Below the pieces are notes generated by a model. It was not told the DNA's origin and did not search any database. It saw only the letters and a program-made list of their open reading frames with translations. DNA of 64,000 nucleotides, from assembly GCF_009914755.1 (NCBI RefSeq), contig NC_060925.1. One strand, written 5' to 3'. Numbering within the stretch: the first letter of the stretch is position 1; each line of letters opens with the position of its first letter. Both the position numbers and the translations under genes were made by a program. Positions 37,100-54,499 of this stretch are shown in pieces. The DNA is from the human T2T-CHM13v2.0 reference genome, Homo sapiens.

Positions 37100-38989
37100 T
37101 ATACATTTTATTTTTAAAATCAGTGATAGAGAAATGGAAAAAGAAATAGAAAGGATATGCCCTGTATTTACATCCTGGCAATTATGAGACACTTCGCACC
37201 TACCTCTCGGGGTTTTATGAAGATTAACTCACATAATGTGAGGTTCCCTGTGTAATGCTTTGTAGTGTACTTCCGAGCACATAGTACATGCTCCATAAAC
37301 ATGGCATTAATGTTTGTGCACAAGTTGTTTCCCAAATGGAGATTTGCCCAGACATTGTGGTCCTCTTTAAACTTTAAAGGGCTAGCAGACAATGCCATGT
37401 TTCAGAATTGTGATTGGTGGTCTTCACTTTGGATCATAAATATTTGTATTGGGCTAAGAGTATTGTGTAAAGGGACTCTGTTTGTTGTGCCTGTTTTTTT
37501 CTAGCTAAGTGCTACTCATGATGGGCCTAGGAGGATCAACATTAACACGAACAGGGACTTCTTACAGAAGCCAGTTAATAGACCTCTTCCAAACCTACAG
37601 AATCACATTACTTAAATTGGGGCTCAGAATAGCAAATGATATATGCACATTGAAGTTCCAGAAGCAATGCTTAGCTAAGTGGCTCTCAGCCCAAGCTTCC
37701 AATTAGGATCACATGGCCAGTTTAAAGAAATACTCCCACTTCTACCCTCCCCACAGGTTCTGTCTGTTGGTCTGGGTAAGAACATCGGTGTTGTTTTAGT
37801 TTAGTACCCCATGTGATCCTAAGGTAAGGTCAGGGTCAAGCATGAGGGCCCTTAGATACATTTGTGAGAGTTGAGTTCAGCCTTTGTTCCAGAGGAAGGT
37901 CACAGGGCCTGCTCTCTTTTGGTTTGGTGTGGTCAAGTCAGTGCAGCCAGTATTTTTATTGTCGTAGCCAAAATTGCTGGCTTCCATGGCAGAGAAGGGC
38001 ACTTGATAGCAGGAAAATGAAAACTCACATTCTGACCTTTACGTAGGAGCTCATTGTTCCTGTCCTGTATGATGAAGAAACAGGAGAGTAGCTTTTTCTG
38101 CATTTCAAGGTCCTTCTGCCTGTGTGTATGGTCATAGCAGGTGAAGGAGTTGTGCTGACATCTCTAAAGGCATATTCTCAAGATGTGTGATTTGTCCAGA
38201 TAATCTCATCTGAACAGAAATCAGAAAAAGAGGAAGAAATGGCTGGTTCTCGGGTAAATGAGTACTAGGTCAAGGGCTGGGTCAGCTGTTTCTCCAGAAA
38301 TGTCATGTGTTTAAAACTTGCAGACTTTTATTTATATATTTGTAATGTTTCTGCCTAATAAATTTATTTCAAGTACTTTTAAAATTTTTCTTCTTATGAT
38401 AGTCAGGGGGCTCTGAAAAATATTTCTTTCCTATATATCAATGTTTTATATCCATTCAGGCTTTTTAAGTGCCATAAGCAATCTTTACTATAAATTTTGA
38501 CCTGCAAAATGAATGTTTCTTTTGTATCTGTTGAACATAGGCAGGTGTGGATGCCCAAGATTCCCATTGGAGATGGATTTGGGTCCTTGGATTAGTTAAA
38601 GGAAAGTTGATGGAGCTTCGCATGAAACTGATGTTTCTTTATGATTAGATTCAGATTTTGCCTTCTTGACCTATGCTATCATAGCAATGATGTTGTAACC
38701 TCCTCCTGTGCATTTTTACACGTGATACCAGTTTTTTTCTGTTACAGTTGATGTTAATTTTATTCACTAGGTTAAGGTGCTCTCTGACAGATTTCTGCAC
38801 TATAAAGCAAATTAGTTTTCTCTGTATTATTAAGTACATTGGGGAGATTTAATAACTGATGGGCATAAACCATCACATTTAATTTGGAAGTTCTCCTTCT
38901 TAAATTATTTGGCCTATATTTTGCTTTGGAAAATGAAGGCTCTTGTTTAATGGTCAAATGAACTGAGATAAAAGCCCTGCCACTTAATG

Positions 38990-39150
38990 TTTGGCAGAAT
39001 ATTCTTCTTGGTTCAGAAGCATTGGCATCACAGGTGAACTTGTTCAAAATTCAAAAAGTCAGGTTTCAGCCCAGACCTTCTGAATCAAAATCTACATTTT
39101 AAACAGATTTCCAATTTCTTGTTGTATGCGTTAAAATCTGAGAGGCACTT
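38990..39150. mobile_element. MER5-like DNA transposon fragment
   Basis: ggcatcacaggtgaacttgttcaaaatt...cccagaccttctgaatcaaaatctacattttaaacag. Confidence 0.55.
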
Positions 39151-39451
39151 CAGATGATTTTTCCATCTGAGAAATTTATCCAGCTTATCCTGTGTAATGT
39201 AAATATAGCTGTCCAATATGTAATGCATGTATTGGCGCCCTTAGTTTTATACTACAACACTTATAAAAATATAGCATCTACACTGGTTTTGTAAATCTTA
39301 TGCCATCCTCTTTCCTTAGAGTTACAGAATGCATTCGAGAATCTTTGTGTTTTAAACAATGTCTTACTGGACAGTTTCTGCCAGAACAAGTTCACTTTAC
39401 TCTCTTCAGTTGGAGTCAAATTAAGAACTCTGCCCATGGCACATTTTGTAA

Positions 39452-39703
<252 letters not shown>

Positions 39704-39943
39704 TGAGTTTTTGATCTCTGCTTCTAAGGAAAACTTGGGAATTTGTTGGTGTAGAAAATAAAATCTTCAAAATGTTTCATCTTGACATAAATTTTAAGGT
39801 GGTCTAAATTCTTCACTCTAGATGACTGGTAATTCCAGAACTTTAGTGGCATAAGATATTGTTGCCCACACCTCAAAATCTAATTACAGTACCAAGTTTT
39901 GATTCAGTAGTATTGGGTAGTGGAGCTGAGAACCTATATGTTT

Positions 39944-40208
<265 letters not shown>

Positions 40209-40381
40209 GAACCTATACATTTAAAATCCTTTCTAAATATTGTATAGTTAATGTCAGAAAATAGTATTTTTGGATTAATTTTCTAGAACCTTCTAAAAAT
40301 TTTTTTTCCTACTGAGCACCATACCAGGTTGGTAACTGGAGCATGCCAGCAAGAGTCATGTTATTTTTTCTAATGAAACAG

Positions 40382-40477
40382 GTCTTGCTGTGTCTAATCC
40401 AGACCTGATCACCTTTCCAGAGCAAAGAAAACAGCCTGGAAGTTTAAAGAGACAGGTGATAGTAGCCAAATTTCAAG
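40382..40477 (+). other. ZNF678: Degenerate KRAB-B exon (96 nt, frame open, GC donor), probably skipped or weakly used
   Basis: aaacag|GTCTTGCTGTGTCTAATCCAGACCTGATC...CAAG|gcaggt; translates (G)LAVSNPDLITFPEQRKQPGSLKRQVIVAKFQ. Confidence 0.75.
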
Positions 40478-41494
40478 GCAGGTAGGAGTAAATAAAGCAG
40501 ATGACACAGGTTAGAGGCCCAAATGTCAAGGAGAAAGCCAGAAATGAAAATGTGGTTTGGGCAGCTCTGCTTCAGAAAAGCCTGGTTTTGTTTGTCTTCC
40601 CCTCACAGGAGCATCTTCTGCCCCATGCTCTTAAGTTCTCTAAGGATTCCACTACCCATGAAGTGATTTTCCTTTGAGGCAAAGTCCTCTTCATGGTTTA
40701 TAAGGCACTATATAATCTGACTGCTTTTCCATTGCTTTGTGGAACATAGGAATATCTACATATTTTTGAGGAACTCTATTTTACACAATTTAATTCTCTT
40801 TTTGCATCTTGTCTGAAATTTGCAAGAGTAGTGGTATATTGGCATTTGGTTCAGAAATCCCAGGAACACCACAAACATGTTGTATTTTCAGCTTTATGAT
40901 TTTCTATCCTATGGAGGTTTCAAATGTGATTTTACAGAAGCTCATACTCAGTGATTTTATCAGAACACTAAATATAAGAAAATCTAAACTTATTTTACTT
41001 CAAAATTTTATTTTCTAAGTAAAAACTGAGATTGGTAATTTAAACTCTATGCCCACATTGTTACAATATCAACAGTAATATAATTTAATATATCTACTCC
41101 CTACATTTAAAAAAAATACTATTTTATTAGGGAGCTTGGAAGATTGCTGAGCGTATATTAAACTCCCACCTTTTACCTTATTTTTAAATAACTGTATTTT
41201 AAATTTGTTTTTATTTACTATAAAGCTTACTGGGGCATACACACATACGCATGCATGCATATATATTTATTTGTGTGTGTAACAACTCTTTTACAAATAA
41301 AAATTATGTATGTCCAACATAAAAATTTGATGTGTACACATTGTACTATAATTAACACACTCAAATTGATTTGGAGTGAGAATTCCTAATGTCTACTGCC
41401 TTAGCAAATTTTAAGCATACAAGACATTATTATTAACTGTATTCATAAAATTACACATTCGATCTTTTAAATTTATTCATCTTAAAACCAAACA

Positions 41495-41785
41495 GCAATT
41501 CCAGCACTTTGGGAGGCCAAGGTGCGCAGATCACTTGTGGTTAGGAGTTCGATACCAGCCTGGCCAACATAATGAAACCCCATCTGTACTAAAAAAAACA
41601 AAAATTAGCTGGGCATGGTGGCAGGTGCCTGTAATCCCAGCTACTCAGGAAGCAGAGGCGGGAGAATTTGCTTGAATCTGGGAAGTGGAGGCTGCAGCAA
41701 GCAGCCACTGCACTCCAGATCCTGCCATTGCACTCCATCCTGGGTGACAGAGCGAGACTCCATCCCAAAAAAAAACAAAAAAACT
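41495..41785 (+). mobile_element. AluS, 5'-truncated, with a small internal duplication
   Basis: Alu body; gccactgcactcca repeated at about 41704 and 41724. Confidence 0.9.
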
Positions 41786-42298
41786 GAAAAACACCTTCCC
41801 AATTTATTAACTTCTAGGTCCTGCCAACTCCCTCTGTACTCTCTGCTTCTGTGAGTTTCACCATTTTGGATTCTTTGTATAAGTGAGATCATACAGTATC
41901 TGCCTTTTGGTGTCTGGTTTATTTTACTTAGCATAATGTCTTTCCAGTCCATCCATGTTGTTTAAATAGCAGAATTACATTATTTTTATGACCGAATAAT
42001 ATTTTATTGTGTATGTAAACCATATTTATCCATTTACTGTCTAAAAACATTTAGGTTATTGTCATATCTTGGCAATTGTGAATGATACTGTAATAAATAT
42101 GAGGATGCAGCTATTTCTTTGAGATACTGATTTCATTTCCTTTGGTTATATACACAGAACTGGGATTGCTGAATTTTATGATACTTGTATCTTTTTCTAA
42201 GAGCCTTCATACTAATTTTTATAACGACTTCACCAATTTACAACTTTTAAAGTATACAGTACAGGATTTCTGTTTCTTCACATTGTGTGCTGTGTTGT

Positions 42299-42586
<288 letters not shown>

Positions 42587-44689
42587 TTTCTTCACATTAT
42601 TGTCAAACTGTTACCTCACTTTTTAATGTATATGTATTAGTCATCTTAAGTGTGAAGTGATATTTCATCATGGTTTTGATTTGTGATTGCCTGATGATTG
42701 GTGATAGTCAGCCCTCTGATATATCTGTTGGCATTTGTATGTCTTCATTGGAAAAATATCTATTGGGTCTTTTGCCTGTTTTTCAATTTTATTATTATTA
42801 TCATTATTATTGTGTTCCTTTTGATTTCTGAGTTCCTCATATATTGTTGATATCTACCTTTTATTTGATATATGGATTGCAAATATTTTCTCCCATCCTT
42901 CAGGTTTTCTTATTTTATTGTTTTTCTTGCTGTGCAGATGCTTTTTAGTTTCATGCAGTCCAACTTGTTAATATTTGCTTTTGTTGCCTGTACTTTTGAT
43001 GTCATATTCAAAAAATCATTACCACAACCATATCAAGTAGTTTTTAAAATATATTTTCTTCTAAGATTTTTAAGGATTTCTGCCTGACATTTAAGTCTTT
43101 ATTTTGAGTTAATTTCTTGATGTCATGTAAGAAAAAATTGTCTAATTTCACTTGCATGTAGATATTCTTTTTGCCCAGCATCAATTACTGAAGCAACTAT
43201 CTTTTGTGCATTGTGTATTCTTGACGCCCTTGTTAAAGATTCATTGAACTTATATGCATGGGTTTATTTCTGAGCTCTCTATTTTGTTCCCTTTTTTTGT
43301 ATCTATTTTGTTCCATCCTACTCTTATTACCATAGTTTTCAAATAGAGCTTTAAATCAGAAAGTGTGATGCCCCCAGCTTTGTTCTTATTTCTCAACTAT
43401 TCAATGTCTTGTAATGCTATATAAATTTTAAAATTTTATTCCATTATTTTAAAAATGGCCATTGGAATTTTGATAGGAAGTTTATTGAATCTATTGATTG
43501 CTTTGGATAATATGACACTTTACAATAATTAGTCTTCTAATTCATAAACATTGGGTATCTTTACATTTATTTGTTTTCTCTTGTTTCTTTTATCAATATT
43601 TTATTTCCCAATGTAAAGATTTTTCACTTGTTTAAGTTTTTGCTATGAAATTTATTTAGATGTTACCGTAAATGAGTTTTTTTTATTAAGTGGTTTGTAG
43701 TTAGTGTATTAGAACAAAACTGATATTTGTATAACCTTTTATATTCTGCCAATTTACTGAGATTTTTGATTTATTTGTTATGGCTTTCTACATATAAGAT
43801 AATGTCATCAACAAACAGCAGTATTTTTACTTCTTTCTTTTCAATTTTTATGGCTTTTAAAAAATTTTCTTGCCTAATTGTTCTGTCTAGGACTTCCAGG
43901 ACTATGTTAAAATAGAAGCATTGATAATGGGCACAATATCACTTTGCATTGGTGTCTGTGCATTTGAAGGAGCAAACACCTCTACCAGTTTTTATAAACT
44001 GGTTTATACAGGTAAAGATTTTATCCTATTGGGTCTCCAGGCTGATGAGATCTTTTCTGGGTTCATAGTAGAGAGGGGATATACCTGAGTCCTAAGGTTG
44101 TTGGCAGGGTCCACAATGGGGTCTGTCTTTGGTGGGCTTATTACCAGGGGCTTGTGTGCTTGTGAATTCTGTCTTATTCCTTGGCCAACTGAGTTGCCTT
44201 CAGCACTTTGATCTATAGGGCAGACACTTGGCCTAATACCAAGTGTTTGTATGTGTGTGGCTCTCACCCAGTACTTGTGAGGTTTTTACCAAGTCACAGG
44301 TCTCTAGGTTGGCAAGACTGTCCACAGAATGTAGCTTAAAGGTCTAGAACTGAGTTATTCACCTGCTTCAGAGACCACAGTAAATGTCAAGGTCTGCAGT
44401 TCTGCATCTATGGCCGTGAATGAGCATCTGACCCCAGCTCTCTGACTGGGTAGGACCTCTTCTTGACTATGGCTGGGAGGAGTTAATGACAGTTACAGTG
44501 TTACTTCAGAATTCTAAGTGGAATCATGTTAAATGGGCCATTTCCTCGTCTGTAGCCAAGACCAGCGTCCTCAAGTTTGCCACCTGAAGGAAGACTTGCT
44601 TTCTGAAAAAGGCTTTCCTTGGTCTTGTGCTTTTAGCAGGGTATTACAACCCCCTGCCTGAATCACAAAGCAATCATAAATGTACTTTT

Positions 44690-44806
44690 TGTGTGACAGG
44701 GTCTTGCTATGTTACCCAGGCTGGTCTCAAACACCTGGCCTGAAGTAATCCTTCTGCCTCACCCTCTCAAATAGCTGGAATTACAAATATGAGGTATGGT
44801 GCCCGG
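44690..44806 (-). mobile_element. Alu monomer (FLAM/AluJ left arm)
   Basis: gacagggtcttgctatgttacccaggctggtctcaaac...gtgcccggc. Confidence 0.75.
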
Positions 44807-44999
44807 CTCTGTCACAAAGGCACTTATGTCCATAGATGACTGATAAATTTTTGTTGCTTTGGGAGATATACAAGAAGAGGACCTCCTGTTCCAACAACTT
44901 GCTGATTTTACTCTTCCTATATGGTTTCACTTTCCATTTAGTTTTCTCTTTGCATTTCAAATTTGTGTGGAATTTTTTAATAAACATATATATTTGGGA

Positions 45000-46500
45000 A
45001 ACCTAGTGGGGAAGGTATGTTCTTAGTAAATCTTATATGTATTCATGAGTGCTTATAAATTATATATGTTCCCAATAAATGAACACTTTTATTATTACTT
45101 GATGCTCATATTTTCTCTTGTGACAATTTTGGCTTAAAGTATACTTTGTGAAATATAACAGTTGTTGACATATAATGTACTTTTCCCAGTATAATTGTTA
45201 CCTTTCCAACTATCATTTGGTTACTATTTGCATGGAATCTTCTTTCTTCCTGCCGCTTTGTCTATTATGCCAGTCGTCTAAAGTTAGTGTCTTGGAGACA
45301 AGACATAGTTTGTGGTTTTTAAAATTTTTTCCAAATCTCTTTATTCAGTCTTTTGATTGGGATGTTTTGTTGATGAATATTTGAATAGCTGTCTAAAACA
45401 TAATTACTTACTATTGTCATTTATTGTTTTATTGGATTCTTGTAGCCATTGCTTCTACTCTCTTCTTCTGTGTGTGTTTATGTGTACTCTGTAGGTATTT
45501 TCTTTGTGGTTACCATGAGAATCACTAAAACCCCCAAAGTTACAACATATAATAAACTGGTAATAGCTTAACTTCAGTTGCATACAGAAATTTTTTTCAT
45601 TATTTTTACCCTAAACTTCATATTATTGATGTCACTAATTATATATTTCATATTATAGAGACATCAACAGATGTTTATTGTTGTTCTTATGCATATTTCA
45701 AATTGTAGAGCATAAGTAAAAGTGTTTTCAGCACCATCATTCTAAAACTACAGAATTTTATTTTTGTATATGTGTACATCTTTCCCAGACAGTTATGTAT
45801 TTGTATATAATTTTTTGTTTAATGACACATTTTATTTTCAATGGGCTGGAGTCCATTTTACATTTTCTGTAGGACAGTTGTACTGGTGATGTAGTTTTTC
45901 TGCATTTGGTTATCTTGGAAAATCTTCATCTTCTCTTAATTGTGAAGGACAGTTTTACTGTTAATAGTATTCTTGCTTTAAAGTTTTTGTTTTTTCTTTC
46001 AATACCCTGATTATATCACTCAACTCCATTTTGCCCTGCAAGGTTTCTGTTGATAAATTCACAGGTAATCCCATAGGAGAATGCTTATAAATGACACATC
46101 CCTTTTCTGTTGCTGCTTTCAACATCTTATTCCTCTCTGTGATTTCAAAATCTTGCTTATAATGTGTCTTGTTATGGTTCTTTTTGTGTTTATTCTTGAT
46201 TTTTTTTTACATCTTATGTATAAACATTTCTGTTATTTTCTTGTATTCTTCAGTCCCACACTTTGTTTCTTGTTATATATTTTATTATTTTGTTGATACT
46301 CACATTTCCTGATTTTATTTAGTTGTCTTCATTCCCATTTCACTTATTGAGCATCATTCAGATGAGTCATTTGAATTTTTTAGATAATTTATACATATTT
46401 ATTTTCTTAGAATTAATTTTTTATTTATTTTGTTTCCTTGATTGGACCATGTTACCCTGATAACTTTGCATATGTTGTAATCTTTGGTTCATATTTGGGC
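45000..46500 (-). mobile_element. Ancient L1M fragments
   Basis: T-rich antisense L1-like sequence (tgaaggacagtttt...gcaaggtttctgttgataaattc). Confidence 0.6.
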
Positions 46501-47206
46501 ATTAATAAAATGCCACCTGTCACAGTCTTTATAAGTGGCTTTGTCCTGGAGGAGGCTAATAGCTATTTGCCAGGCTGGAGATTCTTATAGCCTCTCAAAC
46601 CTCTTCTTATGATCTGTCTTCTCTGGAATTGTGTGTTTACTGTTCAGCTAAAGAGATTTGTTCATGTTTCTTTGTAAAAACCTGTAATCATGTGCTACAC
46701 CTGATGTCTGTCTGTGGCACTGTGATCTCTCTGCTGCAGTAGCAATTATTTACCTTTTTCTTAGCAGACCAAAGCTGTCATTCAGAGCATACCACCATTT
46801 CTTTCAGCAGTCTTTGTTATGGGAAACAGAAACCAGTCTTTGGAAAGCCCCTAAAAGCCAGAAGTATGGGCACATGTGCAATGTATTGTTTTTTTGTTTT
46901 TGTTTTTTTGTTCTTTGCTTTGAGGGAGAAGCCAGGAGTTTGAAGTTTACTCTTAAAGGCACCATGCTGTATTGGGGTGGAAGAAAGGCTGTATGTATAA
47001 ATGTAACAAACTTTACTTTCTATTCTACATGGATTTTGCAATTGTGCTCACCTAGGGTGTTGCAAACTCTTAACTAGATTTTATTTTCAAAAAGGCATTT
47101 TGGTCAGTATATTTTTGTTAAGTTTATATGTTCAAAAAGGAATCATGGCATGTGATATTTTATTATGCCATCTTGTTAATGTCTCTGATATAATTATATT
47201 TATTAG

Positions 47207-48763
<1,557 letters not shown>

Positions 48764-49949
48764 AAACTGCTTCATTATACATGGCTTCACTAATTTCATA
48801 CTGAATAAAAGTGGTATGAGCATAATGACTGTTTAAGGATGTTTCACAAAATGTAAGCTTCAGAGTGCACAACACTATACTGAATGAAATTTATAAATAT
48901 AAAAGATTACAATATCTTTATTTCAAAGATCTTCCTGTAAACAGAATCTGTACTAGAGGAAAAACCCTTAAACAATTATTCAGACTTTATTCAACTTTAG
49001 AGGATTTTACGGGGGCAAAAAACCTCCTACAAATGTGGAAAAACATTTTTTCAAGATATATGCCTTAGAAAACACCAGAGTTTATAGTATAGTAGAATAT
49101 ATTTTACAGATACAGTGAATACAAACAAATGTCCAAAATTAAGTCTAAATAAAACATTACATAATTTACTGTAGAAAGTACTAAGGCACTAACAGTTTCA
49201 GATGTTACTTTAAAGCAGTGTTGATTGTCGAGAATAATTCAAAGTTAAAATAGATAATTTAGTTGTATGTAAATTTAAATGAATCAAGAGATGATGTCTT
49301 TTTGAAGCACAGTTACATTCATGTTATACTTTTTTGCATTAAAAGTTTTTATATTTTTGATTATATATTTTAATATTGATATAATTCATATCTCAAATAA
49401 CTTGATTTTTATTATATTTATTGTTTATGTTAAAGTATGTGGTCAGTTGTTGCTGCATAAGAGCTATGAGAAGTTCTTCTATATTAGATGACCATCATTT
49501 ATATGCTTTTTCATGAATGATTAAGGGCACCGAAATGTAACATTTATAAGGAAAATCTAAGTAGAAATGCTTTTTGTTGATGTATAACAGTGTTTTAAGT
49601 AACACATTAGGTATTCAGAGAAGTATTTTGCATTATAGTAATAGGGAAACATTTTGAATTTCAGTAGTAAATTGTTTTATGAGTTGCACATTAAGATAAT
49701 ACAGTAGCTTTTGAAATGTTATTTTTAGAATGCAATTTCTTTTCATAAAACAAAATTATTTTTAATGTGTTAAGAATATTTTGCATTGAATGAAGTATAT
49801 CTTGCCACAATAATTAACCTATACCACCTTACCCAAAGTTGTAGGTAACAGATAGTAACAATACACTACTGGGTAACAGTGAAAGGACACCTCTAGTAAT
49901 CTCTTTTCCCAGTGGCTTTTAATTTCAAACAACTTGGGGAGGTTTTTTT

Positions 49950-50360
49950 TATGTGATATGCTTTGGTTTTTTTGTGCCTTACCTCATGTTGAAATGTGTT
50001 CCCCCATGTTGGAGGCGGGGTCTAGTGGAAGGTGTTTAGGTCATGGGTGTAGATTACTCATGAATGGATTGGTGTTCTTACCACTGCAGTTAGTGTGTTC
50101 TCTGTTAGTTCATGTGAAAGCTGGTTGTTAAAAACAAAAACAAACAAACAAAAAACTGATATTCCTCTTGCTTTGTCTTTTGCCATGATACCCCTTTGCC
50201 TTTTATTATGCATAAAAGCTTCCTGAGGCCTCATCAGAAGTTAAGCAGATGTTGATGTCATGCTTGTATAGCCAACAGAACTGAGGCTAATAAACCTCTT
50301 TTCTGTATTAATTTGCCAGTGTTAAGTATTCCCTTCTAGCAGCACAAAATGGACTAACAT
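49950..50360 (+). mobile_element. MaLR LTR (MST-like)
   Basis: tgatatgctttgg...cctcatgttgaaatgtg...aagcttcctgaggcctcatcagaag...aataaacctcttttc...aatggactaaca. Confidence 0.8.
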
Positions 50361-52659
50361 CCCATAGGTTATATTTTTATTTTTTTCTTTTGTAAATACT
50401 GGACAATGATACTCTTATATAATCTTCAGTATAACCATTATAATTGCCCACTATAAAGGAGTATAATGAAAGGCCATGTATTTTGAATCACGAATGACTA
50501 TTTACAAAATGTCATACTACGTTTTTCTTTGAGCCTGTGACCCCTCTGGCCTGTAAAAACACATACATACATTTAGTTTTGATTAACATGGAGTTAATTT
50601 TATAAGTCTGTCACTCTAAACATAAGTGTTAGCTTTAAGAGAATTACAGAGCATGTAATTGTGTTTGAGTGTAGGTGTGTACTTTTTTGAGAAGAAAACA
50701 AAAATATTGGAACAAAATATAATTTAAAAAGTATTGGTAATTTACTAGCAAACTAGGAATCTCAAAGATTCTGAAAGTAAATATTTATTCTCTGCTTTGT
50801 ATTGAATTTACTTCTGTAAAATCTTATGGCTGCTGGCTCAGAATCTTCTCATGCAAATCCTGTTTTTTTCTTGTCTGTTGATCATACTAAACCTAATGTA
50901 TAGTTTTCTCATTCCAAAGTTCATGAAATTTTCTCTATATTCCTGAGAAATTCTAAGAATAACTTTCATAAAATGTATTGATGTTCACAAGATAATTTTA
51001 AGATGTAATTCTACAATATGTGTGTTACTACATTTTATTTAATTAGTATATTTTATTTTTGTATTTCAATTGGAGAACCCTATTTTGGCCAATTTTTACT
51101 TGGTTTTTGTTTCCATTTTAATATTTTACATAATTGAATTTTTTTCACTTTATTGAGCCATTTTGTTTAGATGTACACTGGGAAGGCTTCATAATTCACA
51201 AAGTTGTTTTGACATATAAATGAGGTGAACAAACACAGGAAAGTGCTAGGTTTCCTGGGGGTATAATAGATGCTCTATAATTAGCAGTAAATATTCTTGT
51301 TTAAGTCACTTTTTGGCTACAAGTAAGAGATTAGAAATATTCAGCATAAAGAGATGGCATTAACTCTGCATGTAAAGAAAACACATGTATACCCAGGCTG
51401 TACAACTGCCTCTGAAATTAAGAGGAATTGTGTTTATTTCATAGTTATCTCTGGTACTTCACTGTTATTTTATTTTCACCCCCAACTATGCGTCAATCAT
51501 AGCCCTTTCCCTTCTTTGCTTATTATGGCTACAGATTTCTCACTGTTCTCTGCAGCCCATGTAATTTCATACAGTATTTTGTAGGTTGTGATAAGGAATT
51601 TGAAATTTTTAATATAGTGAAAAATTGGATTTAACTGGAGAGTTTGAGGACATTTTTAAGTTAGAAATGCACCATTTGAATCATTTAATTGGCATAATTG
51701 GGATGTACTCTACACAGTTTATAGGATTAAATTACTGAGTTAGTAATGTTTGTATGAAAGAAATGTTATTAGATTCTACCACAAAATATAGTAAACATGA
51801 AATCAGTTAGAATAGGTAAAGCATTAATAATGGTAGGCTATATATCATAATCACTATATAAAGAAACATCAGAATTTGGAAACCCCTTAAGCAAAAATAT
51901 ATCTTAGAAATCTTAAGGACACTTAATGGCAAGCAAAAAAGTTTAAATTTAGTTTTTTATAAATTACATATAGCACAATTTATGTGTACATGTAGAATCT
52001 TTTAGTTTTTAGTGTTTATGTAATATATTAGACAATAATAAACATTTACATTTATGTTTACATTTATATTTAATTTTTCAAATTTAATTTAAATTTCTAA
52101 ATGCTTCTGTGGATTTAAATTTTGGAATAATCTTTTCTTCCCCATTGATACTGGAATCTTGGGAAGTTTCTTACTCATATCACAATATGTTTTATTTAAA
52201 TGGATGCAGCTTACATTGCAGAGTTTATATAAATAATCACATAACAAGCCAATTCCTTAGTCATTTTCTGTATTAAAAAACTCAGAGATCTAGAGAGCTT
52301 TTGGATTGAAATATTTCCTTGGTGATTTTGGATGCAAACCTGATTTCTGTGTTCACACCATGGCCAGAGATGGGACTGTTAGCACCACCTGCTTCTTTAA
52401 TGTCGTCCATATGATCAGCATCAGCACCAGAAACTCCAGGTGTCCCAAACTTAAAGTGAAAGCCATAGAGTCCTTTGGTGACTCCCATGTTCTGTGCTGG
52501 TTCTAGAACATGCTGGTAAATATCAGAGTTTCTATGCTTATGGCTGATAAGTAGACATTTTTAAAAATCATAAAAACTGTATTTTCTATATAGTTCAGCT
52601 AAGTTTATGAAAAAGATGCAGACTCAGTATTTGGAGCATTGCTATCGCTCCATGATGTG

Positions 52660-53890
52660 TTTAAAAATTATTTTTAAATTGACAAAATTTTATATCTACA
52701 TATATATATATCTTGTAACACATGATGTTTGAAATGCTTAATTCTAGCCAATTAAAAATGCTTTACCTCAATAGTTATTTTTATTGTGAGAAAGGTCAAC
52801 ATGGTCTTGGCACTTAAAAAAAAAAAAACAATATATTCTCAATAACTGTATTCACTCTGCACTACAATAGGTCTCTTGAACTAATTCCTCCTAGCTAACA
52901 GGCATTGTTTATCATTTAACAGATAATTCTCTAAGCCCCCTTCTCCTAAAACTTCAGCATCTCTTAACCTTCTTTCTAGTCTCTACTTTTATGAGATCAA
53001 CTTGTTTAGATTCCACGTGAGTGAGACCATGAGGTATTCATCTTTCTGTGTTCTGCTCCATTGGTCTATTTATCTGTTTTTAATGCCAGTATTGGACTGT
53101 TTCAGTTACTGTAGCTTTGCAGTATATTTGACTGTCAAGTAGTGCAGTGCTTCCAACCTTCAGAGTCTTTTACTGTACTATATGAATTTTTGTGTTTTTT
53201 TTGTGAAAAATTTTATTGATATTTTGATAGACATTATGTTAAATATATACATCATTTTGTGTAACATAGACTTTTTAGCAATATTAATTTGGCCAATTTA
53301 TGAATAAGGGATAACTTTTCATTTATTTATGTTTAATTTTATACCTCAGTTTTCTTTAGCTTTTAATGTAGAGATCTTTAACATTTTTGAATAATTTTAT
53401 TTGGAAGTAAACTTTCTGTAACTATTGCAGGTGTCAATTGTTTTCTTTATTTCTTTTTCAGATAGTTTGTTGTTAGTGTATAGAAATGCTACTGACCCTT
53501 ATATCTTGATTTTGTATCCTGCAACTTTAGTGAATTTATTCTAAGTATTTTTAAAGTTTTCTATTTATAAGACTATGATATCTGCAAACAGGGACAATTA
53601 TTTTCTTTCTTTCCAATTTGGTTGTCTTTGGTTTTGTTTTCTAATTTCTCTGGCCTGGAAATTCAGTAGCATGTTAAATAAGAGTGATGAAGTTAGATAT
53701 ATTTGCCTTACTATAACTCTTAGAAAAAAGGCTTACAACTTTTGAAGGTTTAGCATGATGTCAGATGTCCATTTGTCATATATGGCCTTTATTGGCTTGA
53801 GGTATGTATGTTCTATATGTAATTTGTTTTGAGATTTTGTCATAAAGTAATGTTGAATTTTCTAAAATTCTTTTTCTGCATTCACTTAAA
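52660..53890 (-). mobile_element. Old L1MA-like fragments
   Basis: atgagatcaacttgtttagattccac...; gtatcctgcaactttagtgaattt; tctgcaaacagggacaatt. Confidence 0.75.
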
Positions 53891-54499
53891 AGTTATAATT
53901 GGTTCTGAGATCCTTCATCTTTCTCAGAATCTAGGAGGATGCATCTGTACCTAGAGGAGGACACAAAGGCATCATATGTTACATTCTCGTGACATATAAT
54001 GTCTACTGCTTATAATGTCTACTGTGAGTTTCTGACTCCCCAAATGAAATTGAGGCCCAGAAACTTTCAACTGCTTTGTTCGTTGAATAATGCCAAGTGT
54101 CTGGAAATGTGACTATTCAGATTAAATGCTTAATGTGTGTGTGTTGACTAAATAAATCTCAACCAGAACCTTCTCAGATATTTTGTTGAACGTGGGACCT
54201 TTGTTTTTTTTTGTTGTTTTGTTTTGTTTTGTTTTTGTTGTTGTTGTTGTTGTTGTTTACCAGCAGGGGACCCCTGTTTTGTCTATGTCAAGAACAAAGA
54301 CCAGGCAAAAGAAATGTCAAGCCGCATTTACAAATGCAAAAATGGACTTGTTTTTGATATGCTTTTCCCAACAATAAGGGACATGAGTCATTGGGGCATG
54401 TTACAGAGAGTTTCAGTAAAATTCAGAAAAAAATAATAAATATGAACAGCCACAGCATGCCCAGAAGCCTTTTTATGGAGCCAGGCATGGTTGACCTGC

